This document shows positions 1 through 7,823 of a stretch of 64,000 bases of DNA, one piece after another. The position numbers and the translations under genes are program-made. Numbering within the stretch: position 1 is the first letter of the stretch; each line of letters begins with the position of its first letter. Source of the stretch: Candidatus Nomurabacteria bacterium (GTDB lineage Bacteria > Patescibacteriota > Minisyncoccia > Phycocordibacterales > CALRBL01); contig CAWIDS010000001.1 of the NCBI GenBank assembly GCA_963834935.1, positions 1,338 to 65,337 of the forward strand, in the 5' to 3' direction. Under the pieces are notes generated by a model that ran no database searches, was not told the DNA's origin, and worked only from the letters and a program-made list of their open reading frames with translations.

Positions 1-482
1 GCATTGTTCTTGCAGCTCTTAACACTGCTCGACTAAAGGCTCGCGATGCTCGAAGAATTTCTGATATACATCAAATAGCGACTGCCATTAAACTTTATGA
101 AAATGATAACAATGGTCAATGTCCATCGACAGTAGACATAAATAATAATTCTGGTGATTTTATAGATAGCAGCCAGACAGATTTGTGGAGCCAGCTTAGT
201 ACAATCTTAGCCCCTTACATTCAACTTCCGAGTGATCCAACCAATAACGGTAGACTCACAGATAATGCTGGGAATTATTCATACGGTTTTTTTTGTGATC
301 CCACTGATGGAACAAATGATTACGATCTTTTTGCCAAACTTGAGGACCAAAACAGCCCTTATATTTCACAAATAAAGCATTGGGTAATTCATTCAAGCTT
401 TTATGGTTCATATGGGGCGTACCACTGGGGTTGTCCCGATCTTTGTTTTAATGGACTTCAGTACGTATATGCTGATCACTAA
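1..482 (+). CDS. Type IV pilin, C-terminal part; 5' end truncated by the window edge. Nucleotide-identical copy of 1617..2098.
   Basis: The translation is identical to residues 27-186 of the pilin at 1538..2098. The in-frame ORF runs from the window edge to the stop at 480-482. Confidence 0.7.
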   Translation, partial: IVLAALNTARLKARDARRISDIHQIATAIKLYENDNNGQCPSTVDINNNSGDFIDSSQTDLWSQLSTILAPYIQLPSDPTNNGRLTDNAGNYSYGFFCDPTDGTNDYDLFAKLEDQNSPYISQIKHWVIHSSFYGSYGAYHWGCPDLCFNGLQYVYADH

Positions 483-640
483 AATTTCTATTAAGTAATG
501 CTTATATAGAGGCATATAAATCATAACAATGGAAGGTACCCTAATCATCGAACACTCATTCTAAATTAATAGTTAATGATTTAACCCCTCTCTTCACCTC
601 TATCCCAACATCCTCCCACGTTCGGAGCATTGTAGACATT
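1..640. repeat. Copy A of a ~640-bp perfect direct repeat: pilin C-terminal coding sequence plus ~160 bp of 3' flank.
   Basis: Bases 1-640 match 1617-2256 exactly. The two copies diverge after 'ggagcattgtaga' at ~640 and ~2256. Confidence 0.8.
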
Positions 641-709
641 TCATAAAATAAATTGTAGTGTTCCGTCAGAATCTTCTTCGGCCAGTAACCGTGGAAGACC
701 CTCTTCAGA

Positions 710-1108
710 ATGGAGTATCCTATGCCAGTGATCAAAGTCTGGTGCCTTCCGAAATCAAGCGAACGCAAGCTCAACCAGGTCTTCGAGAGCATCATCAATG
801 CCGTTGAGGGCGTCCCTGAGCTTGACCTCAAAGGCAAGCACTCGATGACAGTCCTCTTTCCGCCAGACATGATGAAGTTCGGTCTGGGTACCGAGATTAT
901 CATTGAGGTAACGGGCCTGTTTGAAAAGCCAGAACGAACTCTCGAAGTTCGTAACCGTCTGGCTGAACGTCTCGGAAAAACACTCAAGGAACATTTTCCC
1001 CAAGCAATGGTCGAATGTTTCGTGCATCCGTTCAATCCGGAGCAGGGTTTCTGGACAAATCCTCGGATGGGTCGGCGGCATAAGCCGACCCTCGAGGAAC
1101 TTAAGTAG
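710..1108 (+). CDS. Small GC-rich protein, possibly tautomerase-superfamily-like. The real start may be M5 (MPVIKVW...) at 722.
   Basis: ORF of 132 aa. A Pro follows the Met in 'MPVIKV'. The fold-like pattern is EVTGLFEKPERTLEVRNRLAERL. GC about 52% against AT-rich flanks. A terminator follows. Confidence 0.35.
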   Translation: MEYPMPVIKVWCLPKSSERKLNQVFESIINAVEGVPELDLKGKHSMTVLFPPDMMKFGLGTEIIIEVTGLFEKPERTLEVRNRLAERLGKTLKEHFPQAMVECFVHPFNPEQGFWTNPRMGRRHKPTLEELK

Positions 1109-1129
1109 CCTTCACAGAGTTCACCAATT

Positions 1130-1160
1130 GCCCCATCGCGAGATGAGGGCTTTTTTATTT
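1130..1160 (+). terminator. Rho-independent terminator.
   Basis: Hairpin GCCCcatcgcgagatgaGGGC followed by TTTTTTATTT. Confidence 0.7.
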
Positions 1161-1265
1161 ACCCAAAACTTTCCGAATATTCTTCCAAGTGTGGAGCTTT
1201 TTCACTCTATTTATTAAATTTCATATCAAAGATGCATAGATATAAAATTATGATATAATTAATGT

Positions 1266-1541
1266 ATGTCAATAGTAGAGTTTGAAGAGGAAAAAATAAA
1301 TAATCGTTTCCAGCTACAAGTTAGAAAAAAATCAAAACTAACAAGCTTTTTAATAGATAAAGGAGTGGTGAAGGATGAAACTATGGCACAAAATGTTCTA
1401 ATTGGCTTTACCTTATTAATTCTTTTCTTTTCCGGATATTTATATTATATTTATGTCGTTGGTTTACCGCATAGACCCACAGCGCAAGAAAAAATAGACG
1501 AGCAAGCATATTTCAATAAGTATGAAAAAGGAAAGAAATGA
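1266..1541 (+). CDS. Small membrane protein with one TM helix, hypothetical.
   Basis: ORF of 91 aa. Hydrophobic segment LIGFTLLILFFSGYLYYIYVV. Immediately precedes and overlaps the pilin start. A TATAAT-like box lies upstream. Confidence 0.45.
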   Translation: MSIVEFEEEKINNRFQLQVRKKSKLTSFLIDKGVVKDETMAQNVLIGFTLLILFFSGYLYYIYVVGLPHRPTAQEKIDEQAYFNKYEKGKK

Positions 1542-2098
1542 AATTTTTTAGTAAAAAAAAAGGGTTCACATTGATTGAGCTTTTAGTCGTAATTGCCATA
1601 ATCGCTTTATTGTCGAGCATTGTTCTTGCAGCTCTTAACACTGCTCGACTAAAGGCTCGCGATGCTCGAAGAATTTCTGATATACATCAAATAGCGACTG
1701 CCATTAAACTTTATGAAAATGATAACAATGGTCAATGTCCATCGACAGTAGACATAAATAATAATTCTGGTGATTTTATAGATAGCAGCCAGACAGATTT
1801 GTGGAGCCAGCTTAGTACAATCTTAGCCCCTTACATTCAACTTCCGAGTGATCCAACCAATAACGGTAGACTCACAGATAATGCTGGGAATTATTCATAC
1901 GGTTTTTTTTGTGATCCCACTGATGGAACAAATGATTACGATCTTTTTGCCAAACTTGAGGACCAAAACAGCCCTTATATTTCACAAATAAAGCATTGGG
2001 TAATTCATTCAAGCTTTTATGGTTCATATGGGGCGTACCACTGGGGTTGTCCCGATCTTTGTTTTAATGGACTTCAGTACGTATATGCTGATCACTAA
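1538..2098 (+). CDS. Type IV pilin / pseudopilin (prepilin).
   Basis: Class III signal peptide MKFFSKKKG|FTLIELLVVIAIIALLS, with Gly at -1 and Glu at +5. Length 186 aa. Confidence 0.85.
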   Translation: MKFFSKKKGFTLIELLVVIAIIALLSSIVLAALNTARLKARDARRISDIHQIATAIKLYENDNNGQCPSTVDINNNSGDFIDSSQTDLWSQLSTILAPYIQLPSDPTNNGRLTDNAGNYSYGFFCDPTDGTNDYDLFAKLEDQNSPYISQIKHWVIHSSFYGSYGAYHWGCPDLCFNGLQYVYADH

Positions 2099-2256
2099 AA
2101 TTTCTATTAAGTAATGCTTATATAGAGGCATATAAATCATAACAATGGAAGGTACCCTAATCATCGAACACTCATTCTAAATTAATAGTTAATGATTTAA
2201 CCCCTCTCTTCACCTCTATCCCAACATCCTCCCACGTTCGGAGCATTGTAGAAAAA
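1617..2256. repeat. Copy B of the ~640-bp perfect direct repeat.
   Basis: Identical to 1-640 by direct comparison. Confidence 0.8.
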
Positions 2257-2377
2257 ACATAATTTATGTAATATTTTATTTTTGTAGCAAAAATTGCAGC
2301 TCTCAACAACCAACACCAGGAGAAAACTGTCTGATGTGAGCGAACCTCAAGTATGATCAAGTTTGGATTCAGCAACT

Positions 2378-2407
2378 GCCCCGTCATTATGATGGGCTTT
2401 TTTTATT
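2378..2407 (+). terminator. Rho-independent terminator.
   Basis: Hairpin CCCGTCATtATGATGGG followed by CTTTTTTTATT. Similar in sequence to the terminator at 1130. Confidence 0.65.
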
Positions 2408-2473
2408 ACTTCTATCGAATATGTCTTGTATTTTAATTTTTTTTATTTATCATGACAAAAAGAAAGGAGTTCT

Positions 2474-3313
2474 ATGAACAAGAATCGTATCGGAATGTGT
2501 CAATGGTTTCATTTCAAGGAGTATGAGAGAGCACAACGTGCCGTATCTCACCTCGAAGATCTCGGGGTCAAGCATCTTCGGATGGATGTTTCGTGGGCCG
2601 ATTATTTTCGCTCCGATGGCCCAGAGTGGTACAACTGGCTTTTCAAAATGCTCGGCACGAAATTCAAACTTTTGGTATGTCTGTGGCACACACCCCCATC
2701 TATTTCAAGGAACGGCAAACCGAACGGTCCGCCATTTCCCTCCAAACTCGCTTACTTCCAGGATCTTGTCCGACAAGTCATTGAGCAGTACGGAGAATAT
2801 ATCGAAGCAGTTGAGCTTTGGAACGAGCCCAACAACCGCTTAAAATGGGACTTCAGTACATTTGACCCGCATTGGAGCTGGTTGGATGAAATGATTCTAA
2901 GAGGTGCCAAGCAGGCAAAAACGATGGGAATGACCACTGTCTTTGGGGGGATCAGTCCTATTAACGGCGGATTTCTGAGACAATTTCAAAAGTCATTGTC
3001 GTTTATCGATATAATTGGCATTCATGCTTTTCCCGGCCAATGGAATGAAGCTTCGGGATGGCAAGGATGGACAGGTGTCGAAAGGCATATCCTTCAAGCA
3101 GCTGGCGGACGGCGCGTATGGGTAACGGAGTCAGGTCTAGCGGCGAAACCGGACAAAAGCGATGAGCTTAAACTTCAGCGAAAACAATTTGAGGAGACGA
3201 TTGATACAGCCTATCTCTTGGCGCATCCTCTTCAGTCGAAATTTCAAATGGTGGTGACATTGGTAATCCTCAACGCTTTAACTATCATTCTTTTGTCTTT
3301 CGCATTCAAATAG
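2474..3313 (+). CDS. Glycoside hydrolase, clan GH-A (TIM barrel) type.
   Basis: The RBS AAAGGAG sits 7 nt upstream. Motifs ELWNEPN (acid/base Glu) and VWVTESG (nucleophile Glu). Unusual hydrophobic C-terminal tail. Confidence 0.6.
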   Translation: MNKNRIGMCQWFHFKEYERAQRAVSHLEDLGVKHLRMDVSWADYFRSDGPEWYNWLFKMLGTKFKLLVCLWHTPPSISRNGKPNGPPFPSKLAYFQDLVRQVIEQYGEYIEAVELWNEPNNRLKWDFSTFDPHWSWLDEMILRGAKQAKTMGMTTVFGGISPINGGFLRQFQKSLSFIDIIGIHAFPGQWNEASGWQGWTGVERHILQAAGGRRVWVTESGLAAKPDKSDELKLQRKQFEETIDTAYLLAHPLQSKFQMVVTLVILNALTIILLSFAFK

Positions 3314-3401
3314 ACATTTACTTAAATAAATTGTAGTGTATGTTCACTCTGACATTCCGTCAGAGTGTATTAACAACAAAACACCAGACCTTTAATCAAC
3401 A

Positions 3402-3839
3402 ATGAGTTATTCTTTATTTCCTGTCAGCGAACCTGACACCTACCCGATCTTCTCCGAGCAAAAGCCGTCAGACATGTTCGCCGAAATCATTTGTAACGGC
3501 GGTACTCCGGTGAGCGACTGCGAGCTCTGTGGCAGAACGCACTTCAATGAAACCGGCGAGTACATGGACAAAGGAGAACTTGAAAAACTCCTCGAAAGAC
3601 AACAGGCCGAGCCGGATAAATATGTTGCCCATGATAATCAGGTCTATCATGGCGACTTTGACAGCAAGCGGGTCGTCTGGGATTGCCCTTGTAACGGCCT
3701 GCGTCTTTACGAGGAGATGTTGTGGGGCGAACGACATATGATCTCCCAGTACATCTGTGCCAGAGCCGAAGCGAACTTGGATGTTGCCCAACACGATGCC
3801 GAAGCAGCGACGGCGACCAAGGAAGCCTTGGAATCCTAA
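3402..3839 (+). CDS. Cys-rich hypothetical protein, possibly a Zn-ribbon protein.
   Basis: ORF of 145 aa with CELCGRTH and DCPCNG motifs. GC-rich. Confidence 0.5.
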   Translation: MSYSLFPVSEPDTYPIFSEQKPSDMFAEIICNGGTPVSDCELCGRTHFNETGEYMDKGELEKLLERQQAEPDKYVAHDNQVYHGDFDSKRVVWDCPCNGLRLYEEMLWGERHMISQYICARAEANLDVAQHDAEAATATKEALES

Positions 3840-3867
3840 CGACTCTCAATTCTTGACCTGATACCAG

Positions 3868-3897
3868 CTCTACACAGTGTGTGGGGCTTTTTTATTC
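3868..3897 (+). terminator. Probable terminator with an imperfect hairpin.
   Basis: CACAGTGTG palindrome and GGGG, then CTTTTTTATT. The tail matches the conserved terminator tail used elsewhere in the window. Confidence 0.4.
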
Positions 3898-3948
3898 ACT
3901 GCTTATGAGCAAAGTCACGGGGCTACCAGACTCTGATATAATAAGAAT

Positions 3949-4599
3949 ATGAGCAATGAATTGCCGGAAAAGGCCATTGAAGCTGAAAAAGAAGCTACTT
4001 TGGAATTATTCAGCTTGAACGAAGAACAATCGGCTGAATTAAAAAAGCGGATCGAGAAATTCCACGGGCTTGTCCGAATCTTCATACATCCTGATACTAT
4101 TTCTCCGGATGAATATTCAAAGCAATTTCTGGGATTTGTCATGACAATCTCATCTGAAAATTCACCTCCGATTATTTTCTTGGAAGACCACAATCATGTA
4201 GAAGGTTTCAAGGAAGACTTTGAACTGATGAGGGATAAATTACCTAATCCGATTTATTTCGCTGAAACGTTACCACGATTTCCCTACCCGATCTTCCCCG
4301 GTGATACGGTTCCAAATGAAATAGTAGAATTCAGGGAAATGCCTCTTGAACAGCAAAAAAACGCAGTTAAGGGCATGAGAACGCTTGCGATCATCCTCAG
4401 AAATTTGGGTGTCAAAAAAGTCTTAGTCGGCGGAGCAAACCTTGAAATCGACGATTCCGATAGACTTCAGGAGTGCGTAGGAAATTTCGTTGAATCATTC
4501 AATATGTGCGGGGAATCCGATTTTGATATAAAAGTTTCGAACTTGACCATACCTAAAAACAGAAACGATTTAAGAGGTGTAAGGGATAAATTTTTGTAA
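3949..4599 (+). CDS. Hypothetical protein.
   Basis: ORF of 216 aa with no recognised motif. Starts after the terminator of the previous gene. Confidence 0.5.
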   Translation: MSNELPEKAIEAEKEATLELFSLNEEQSAELKKRIEKFHGLVRIFIHPDTISPDEYSKQFLGFVMTISSENSPPIIFLEDHNHVEGFKEDFELMRDKLPNPIYFAETLPRFPYPIFPGDTVPNEIVEFREMPLEQQKNAVKGMRTLAIILRNLGVKKVLVGGANLEIDDSDRLQECVGNFVESFNMCGESDFDIKVSNLTIPKNRNDLRGVRDKFL

Positions 4600-4680
4600 A
4601 ACATATGATTTCATATTTCGCTTATGGCCCAAACCAAGATGAGGCTCAAATGAGACCCGAGGCTTTACTTTTAATCCTTC

Positions 4681-5040
4681 TTGCCATATTATGCAAATCG
4701 CTTGCATAATATGAGAACCAACGTATACAAAGGACAGATACTGAAGCTGCTTAAGAAAAAGCATCTTTTGACTATCGCGGAAATTCACAAAGCTGTTCCG
4801 AATGCCGACTATTCCACGGTCTTCCGCAATGTCGAGCAGCTTCTCAAAGGCAAGCAGATCAAGAAAATCATGGTCGACAACCGGTCTATCGCGTACGAGT
4901 TTTCAAAAGACAGTCATGATCATTTTATCTGCAACGATTGCGGAAAGGTCGAATCGATTCACCTGCCCCGCAATTCAATCAAAGACCGCAAGATTGACGA
5001 TATTACCATAAGAGGCAGTTGCGGTAACTGCACAAATTAA
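4681..5040 (+). CDS. Fur-family metalloregulator (Fur/Zur/PerR-like).
   Basis: The ORF track starts at TTG 4681; the ATG at 4711 is the likely start. Winged-helix N-terminal domain, then HDHFICNDCGKV and a C-terminal CGNC. The next gene begins 1 nt after the stop. Confidence 0.8.
   Translation: MPYYANRLHNMRTNVYKGQILKLLKKKHLLTIAEIHKAVPNADYSTVFRNVEQLLKGKQIKKIMVDNRSIAYEFSKDSHDHFICNDCGKVESIHLPRNSIKDRKIDDITIRGSCGNCTN
4685..4713. promoter_or_regulatory. Perfect 12-5-12 palindrome (candidate operator) whose last triplet is the ATG of the Fur-family gene.
   Basis: CATATTATGCAA-atcgc-TTGCATAATATG. The two arms are exact reverse complements. Confidence 0.6.
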
Positions 5041-5041
5041 T

Positions 5042-5995
5042 ATGAGAATAGCTTTCGTAGGAAAAGGCGGATCAGGCAAAAGCACCCTCTCGGCGTCGTT
5101 CGCTTCATATCTCTCAAAACATACCGGCAAGCCGGTGACCGTCTTTGATGCGGACATTAATATCCACGTGCCAGAGCTTCTCGGCTTCGGTGTCATACCT
5201 TTTGAAAAGCACCTCTCGAATCCGAAGGTGTCGAAAGTGATCAAGAAGTGGCTGCTCGGCAGCAACGATATGAGCGACTCCGGCGCATTTCGCAAGTCTA
5301 CGCCACCGACACGCAAATCGAACATCATTAAGATAGAATCAATCGGAAAAACACCTGTCGGAACATTTGGGTCACATGATGGAAATCTTTCGATCTTCGC
5401 CGTTGGGACATATCAGGATGAAGACATCGGGGCAAGCTGTTATCACAATAATCTCGCTATACTTGAAAACATCTTAAGCCATACGGACGACAAGAATGGT
5501 TATGTGGTAGCTGACATGGTCGCGGGAGTAGACTCATTCGCTGGGACTCTCCATGCGCAGTTTGATCTTACCTGCCTGATAGTAGAACCGACGGTGCGAA
5601 GCATTGAGGTCTATGCCAAATACATGGAGCTTGCGAGGGAGGCTGGCGTCGCTGACAGTCTTCGCGTCATCGGGAACAAGATAAGAAGCGAGAAAGACAA
5701 AGACTTCATTCGTGCCCATATTCCACCGGAAGAAATCATCGGATACTTCACTGATGATGATCATATCCGAGATATTGATCAGGACGGTAGAGCGCTTTCA
5801 ATATCAAAGCTTAATCAAAGCAATCAGGAACTATTGAAACAGGTTCTAGAAGCCGCAGACTCTTTGCCTGATAATCGTGACACGAGGCTCAAGAAAATCT
5901 GGGACTTGCATAAGAAATATGTGGCGCAGGCCTTTGTAAAAGACAAATTTGGAGACCTGACAGATCAAATAGATTATGACTTCACATTCCGATAA
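5042..5995 (+). CDS. CooC-family (MinD/ParA-class) P-loop ATPase, metallochaperone-like.
   Basis: Deviant Walker A GKGGSGKST and a DADINIH segment. CooC-like blocks FAVGTYQDEDIGASCYHNNLAILENIL, LTCLIVEPT and VIGNKIR. The usual C-x-C position reads C-Y-H. Confidence 0.8.
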   Translation: MRIAFVGKGGSGKSTLSASFASYLSKHTGKPVTVFDADINIHVPELLGFGVIPFEKHLSNPKVSKVIKKWLLGSNDMSDSGAFRKSTPPTRKSNIIKIESIGKTPVGTFGSHDGNLSIFAVGTYQDEDIGASCYHNNLAILENILSHTDDKNGYVVADMVAGVDSFAGTLHAQFDLTCLIVEPTVRSIEVYAKYMELAREAGVADSLRVIGNKIRSEKDKDFIRAHIPPEEIIGYFTDDDHIRDIDQDGRALSISKLNQSNQELLKQVLEAADSLPDNRDTRLKKIWDLHKKYVAQAFVKDKFGDLTDQIDYDFTFR

Positions 5996-7484
5996 CAATA
6001 TTAAAAACCTCCCCGATGACGGCAAGCCGTCTTTGCTTGAGACGGAAAAAAGCAAACTGGTATACGCCGGCCCGGCTTCGATTTTGGATTATCTCAATCC
6101 CGACAATACTCCCTACACGCCGCTAATAGAAATTCCAGATCATCTTAATCCGTATCTCAAAAGCGGGGTGAGGATCTTTGCGAAGCTCATGAATGCGCTG
6201 CCTCTCGCAAACGTGAAGTCGCTTCCGGCGTACAACATGCTTCTCGATAGGAAGGAAAAAGGACCGCTGCCGGACACCATCATCGAGAACTCATCAGGTA
6301 ACACGGCATTTTCTCTTGCGGTCATTGCCCGGCTTATGGGCATACCACATACAAAAGCTGTCGTCTCTCACGAGGTAAGCCGCGGCAAACTCAACATACT
6401 GCGTCTTCTCGGTACCGAAATAATCGTCAATGACGAGCCCATTTGTCCTGATCCAAGCGATCCAACGAGCGGAATCTACAAAGCAAAGGAATGGTCAAAA
6501 GAGAACGGCTGGTTCAACCCCGGACAATACGACAACGAAGCTAATCCTGCCGCTCACTACAAATGGACAGGTCCGCAGATATGGGACCAGACAAAAAGTA
6601 AAATTTCCCTGCTCTCCACCGGTCTTGGAACTACGGGCTCAGCCGTGGGAATCGGTACATTCCTCAAGGAGAAAAATAAAGACATTAAAATTCTTGGCGT
6701 AACGCGCATCGTTAATAATCAAATACCCGGTGTTAGAACTGCCAGCCTTCTCAAAGAGGTCGCTTTTGATTGGCGATCGGTGATCGATTTTCAAGAAGAA
6801 GTCGGCACAACTGAATCGTTCAAGATGTCCATGGAGCTATGCCGGTCCGGATTATTCGTCGGACCAAGCTCAGGCTTTGCCTTGGTAGGACTTTTGAATC
6901 ATATCGCAAAGCAAAAGCTCTCCGGTGAAGAAAAAATAGCCGTCTTCATCTGTCCCGACAGTCCGTTTCCCTATATCGACGAGTATTTTCAATATCTTGA
7001 TCCCGCAGTTTTCCCAGAAATCCAGAATGAGCGACTGCTTAAGGAAAAGATTCAGATCAGCCCGTCGCAAAGTGCCGCCATCAAAGAGCTTGGCCCGCTG
7101 GAAGTGTTTGACCTTATTTTTACCGGCACACCCGATAAAGTCTGGGAAAAAATAGGAAACAAGCAAGAAGCAGATATCAAAAAAGGATTCGCTGTGATTG
7201 ATGTCCGTAACGAAGGAGAGTATGAAGACCACCACATCCCGGAATCGATCCATGTTCCCTTTCATGAACTTGATGAATTCCTCAAGAAAAACAAGACGAG
7301 CCTCGCCAGAAATGAAGCGGTCATTTTCGTCTGCAAACATGGCAATGCAAGCCGGCTCGCTGCTTACAAAGCGGAGGAACTTGGTCTCAAACCGATCAGC
7401 CTCAAAGGCGGCGATGCCGAATGGAGCAGGCTTGATCTGCCAAGAATCCGTGCTGAGAAATGCATCATCAAATTCGATTTATGA
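5976..7484 (+). CDS. Cysteine-synthase-family PLP enzyme (fold type II) fused to a C-terminal rhodanese domain.
   Basis: PLP-lysine region ANVKSLPAYNM. Glycine loop TGLGTTGSAVGIG. C-terminal rhodanese with active-site loop CKHGNAS. Overlaps the previous gene by 20 nt. Confidence 0.8.
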   Translation: MTSHSDNNIKNLPDDGKPSLLETEKSKLVYAGPASILDYLNPDNTPYTPLIEIPDHLNPYLKSGVRIFAKLMNALPLANVKSLPAYNMLLDRKEKGPLPDTIIENSSGNTAFSLAVIARLMGIPHTKAVVSHEVSRGKLNILRLLGTEIIVNDEPICPDPSDPTSGIYKAKEWSKENGWFNPGQYDNEANPAAHYKWTGPQIWDQTKSKISLLSTGLGTTGSAVGIGTFLKEKNKDIKILGVTRIVNNQIPGVRTASLLKEVAFDWRSVIDFQEEVGTTESFKMSMELCRSGLFVGPSSGFALVGLLNHIAKQKLSGEEKIAVFICPDSPFPYIDEYFQYLDPAVFPEIQNERLLKEKIQISPSQSAAIKELGPLEVFDLIFTGTPDKVWEKIGNKQEADIKKGFAVIDVRNEGEYEDHHIPESIHVPFHELDEFLKKNKTSLARNEAVIFVCKHGNASRLAAYKAEELGLKPISLKGGDAEWSRLDLPRIRAEKCIIKFDL

Positions 7485-7505
7485 TATTGAATTTTTACGT
7501 TTTCA

Positions 7506-7760
7506 TTGGACGGAATCTATGAAAGCATGACACCCGAAGAAGCCCATGCGCACTTCGTAAAGATGGGAATGTTTGGCGCAAACGGGCCGTGGGCTCCACG
7601 CGAGCCTGTCGAGCCCGAAGGCTTGAATGGACTCATCGGCAAAGACAAGGTCTTCAAAGCCTTCCTGCTCGACAAAGGTCTGCCAGGAAATATGGTCGAC
7701 CTCGTCCTTAGTGGGAACGCCCTCCGATTCCTGAAGCGTGCACTTCGCTTAACCTACTAG
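7506..7760 (+). CDS. Small GC-rich ORF; possibly a remnant of an amidohydrolase C-terminus.
   Basis: Weak resemblance of DLVLSGNALRFL to amidohydrolase C-termini. No SD. A terminator follows. Confidence 0.3.
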   Translation: MDGIYESMTPEEAHAHFVKMGMFGANGPWAPREPVEPEGLNGLIGKDKVFKAFLLDKGLPGNMVDLVLSGNALRFLKRALRLTY

Positions 7761-7779
7761 TCTCTCGGGGCTGACATCC

Positions 7780-7823
7780 GCAAGTAATTGATTACCCGGT
7801 CAATTGCTTGCAGTTTTTTTATT
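7780..7823. terminator. Bidirectional rho-independent terminator between convergent genes.
   Basis: Hairpin GCAAGTAATTG...CAATTGCTTGC followed by TTTTTTTATT. Confidence 0.6.

Noticed and set aside
556-1035. Minus-strand ORFs (556..1035, 755..1081 and 2172..2387) spanning the repeat flank and the tautomerase-like gene.
   Set aside because: They overlap the better-supported plus-strand gene and terminator. The shared tail (...STMLRTWEDVGIEVKRGVKSLTINLE) simply reflects the duplicated non-coding flank.
5976-5995. Possibility that the 20-nt overlap between the CooC-like and CysK-like genes indicates a frameshifted single gene.
   Set aside because: Both proteins have complete, independently recognisable N- and C-termini. 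A short overlap is typical of translational coupling.
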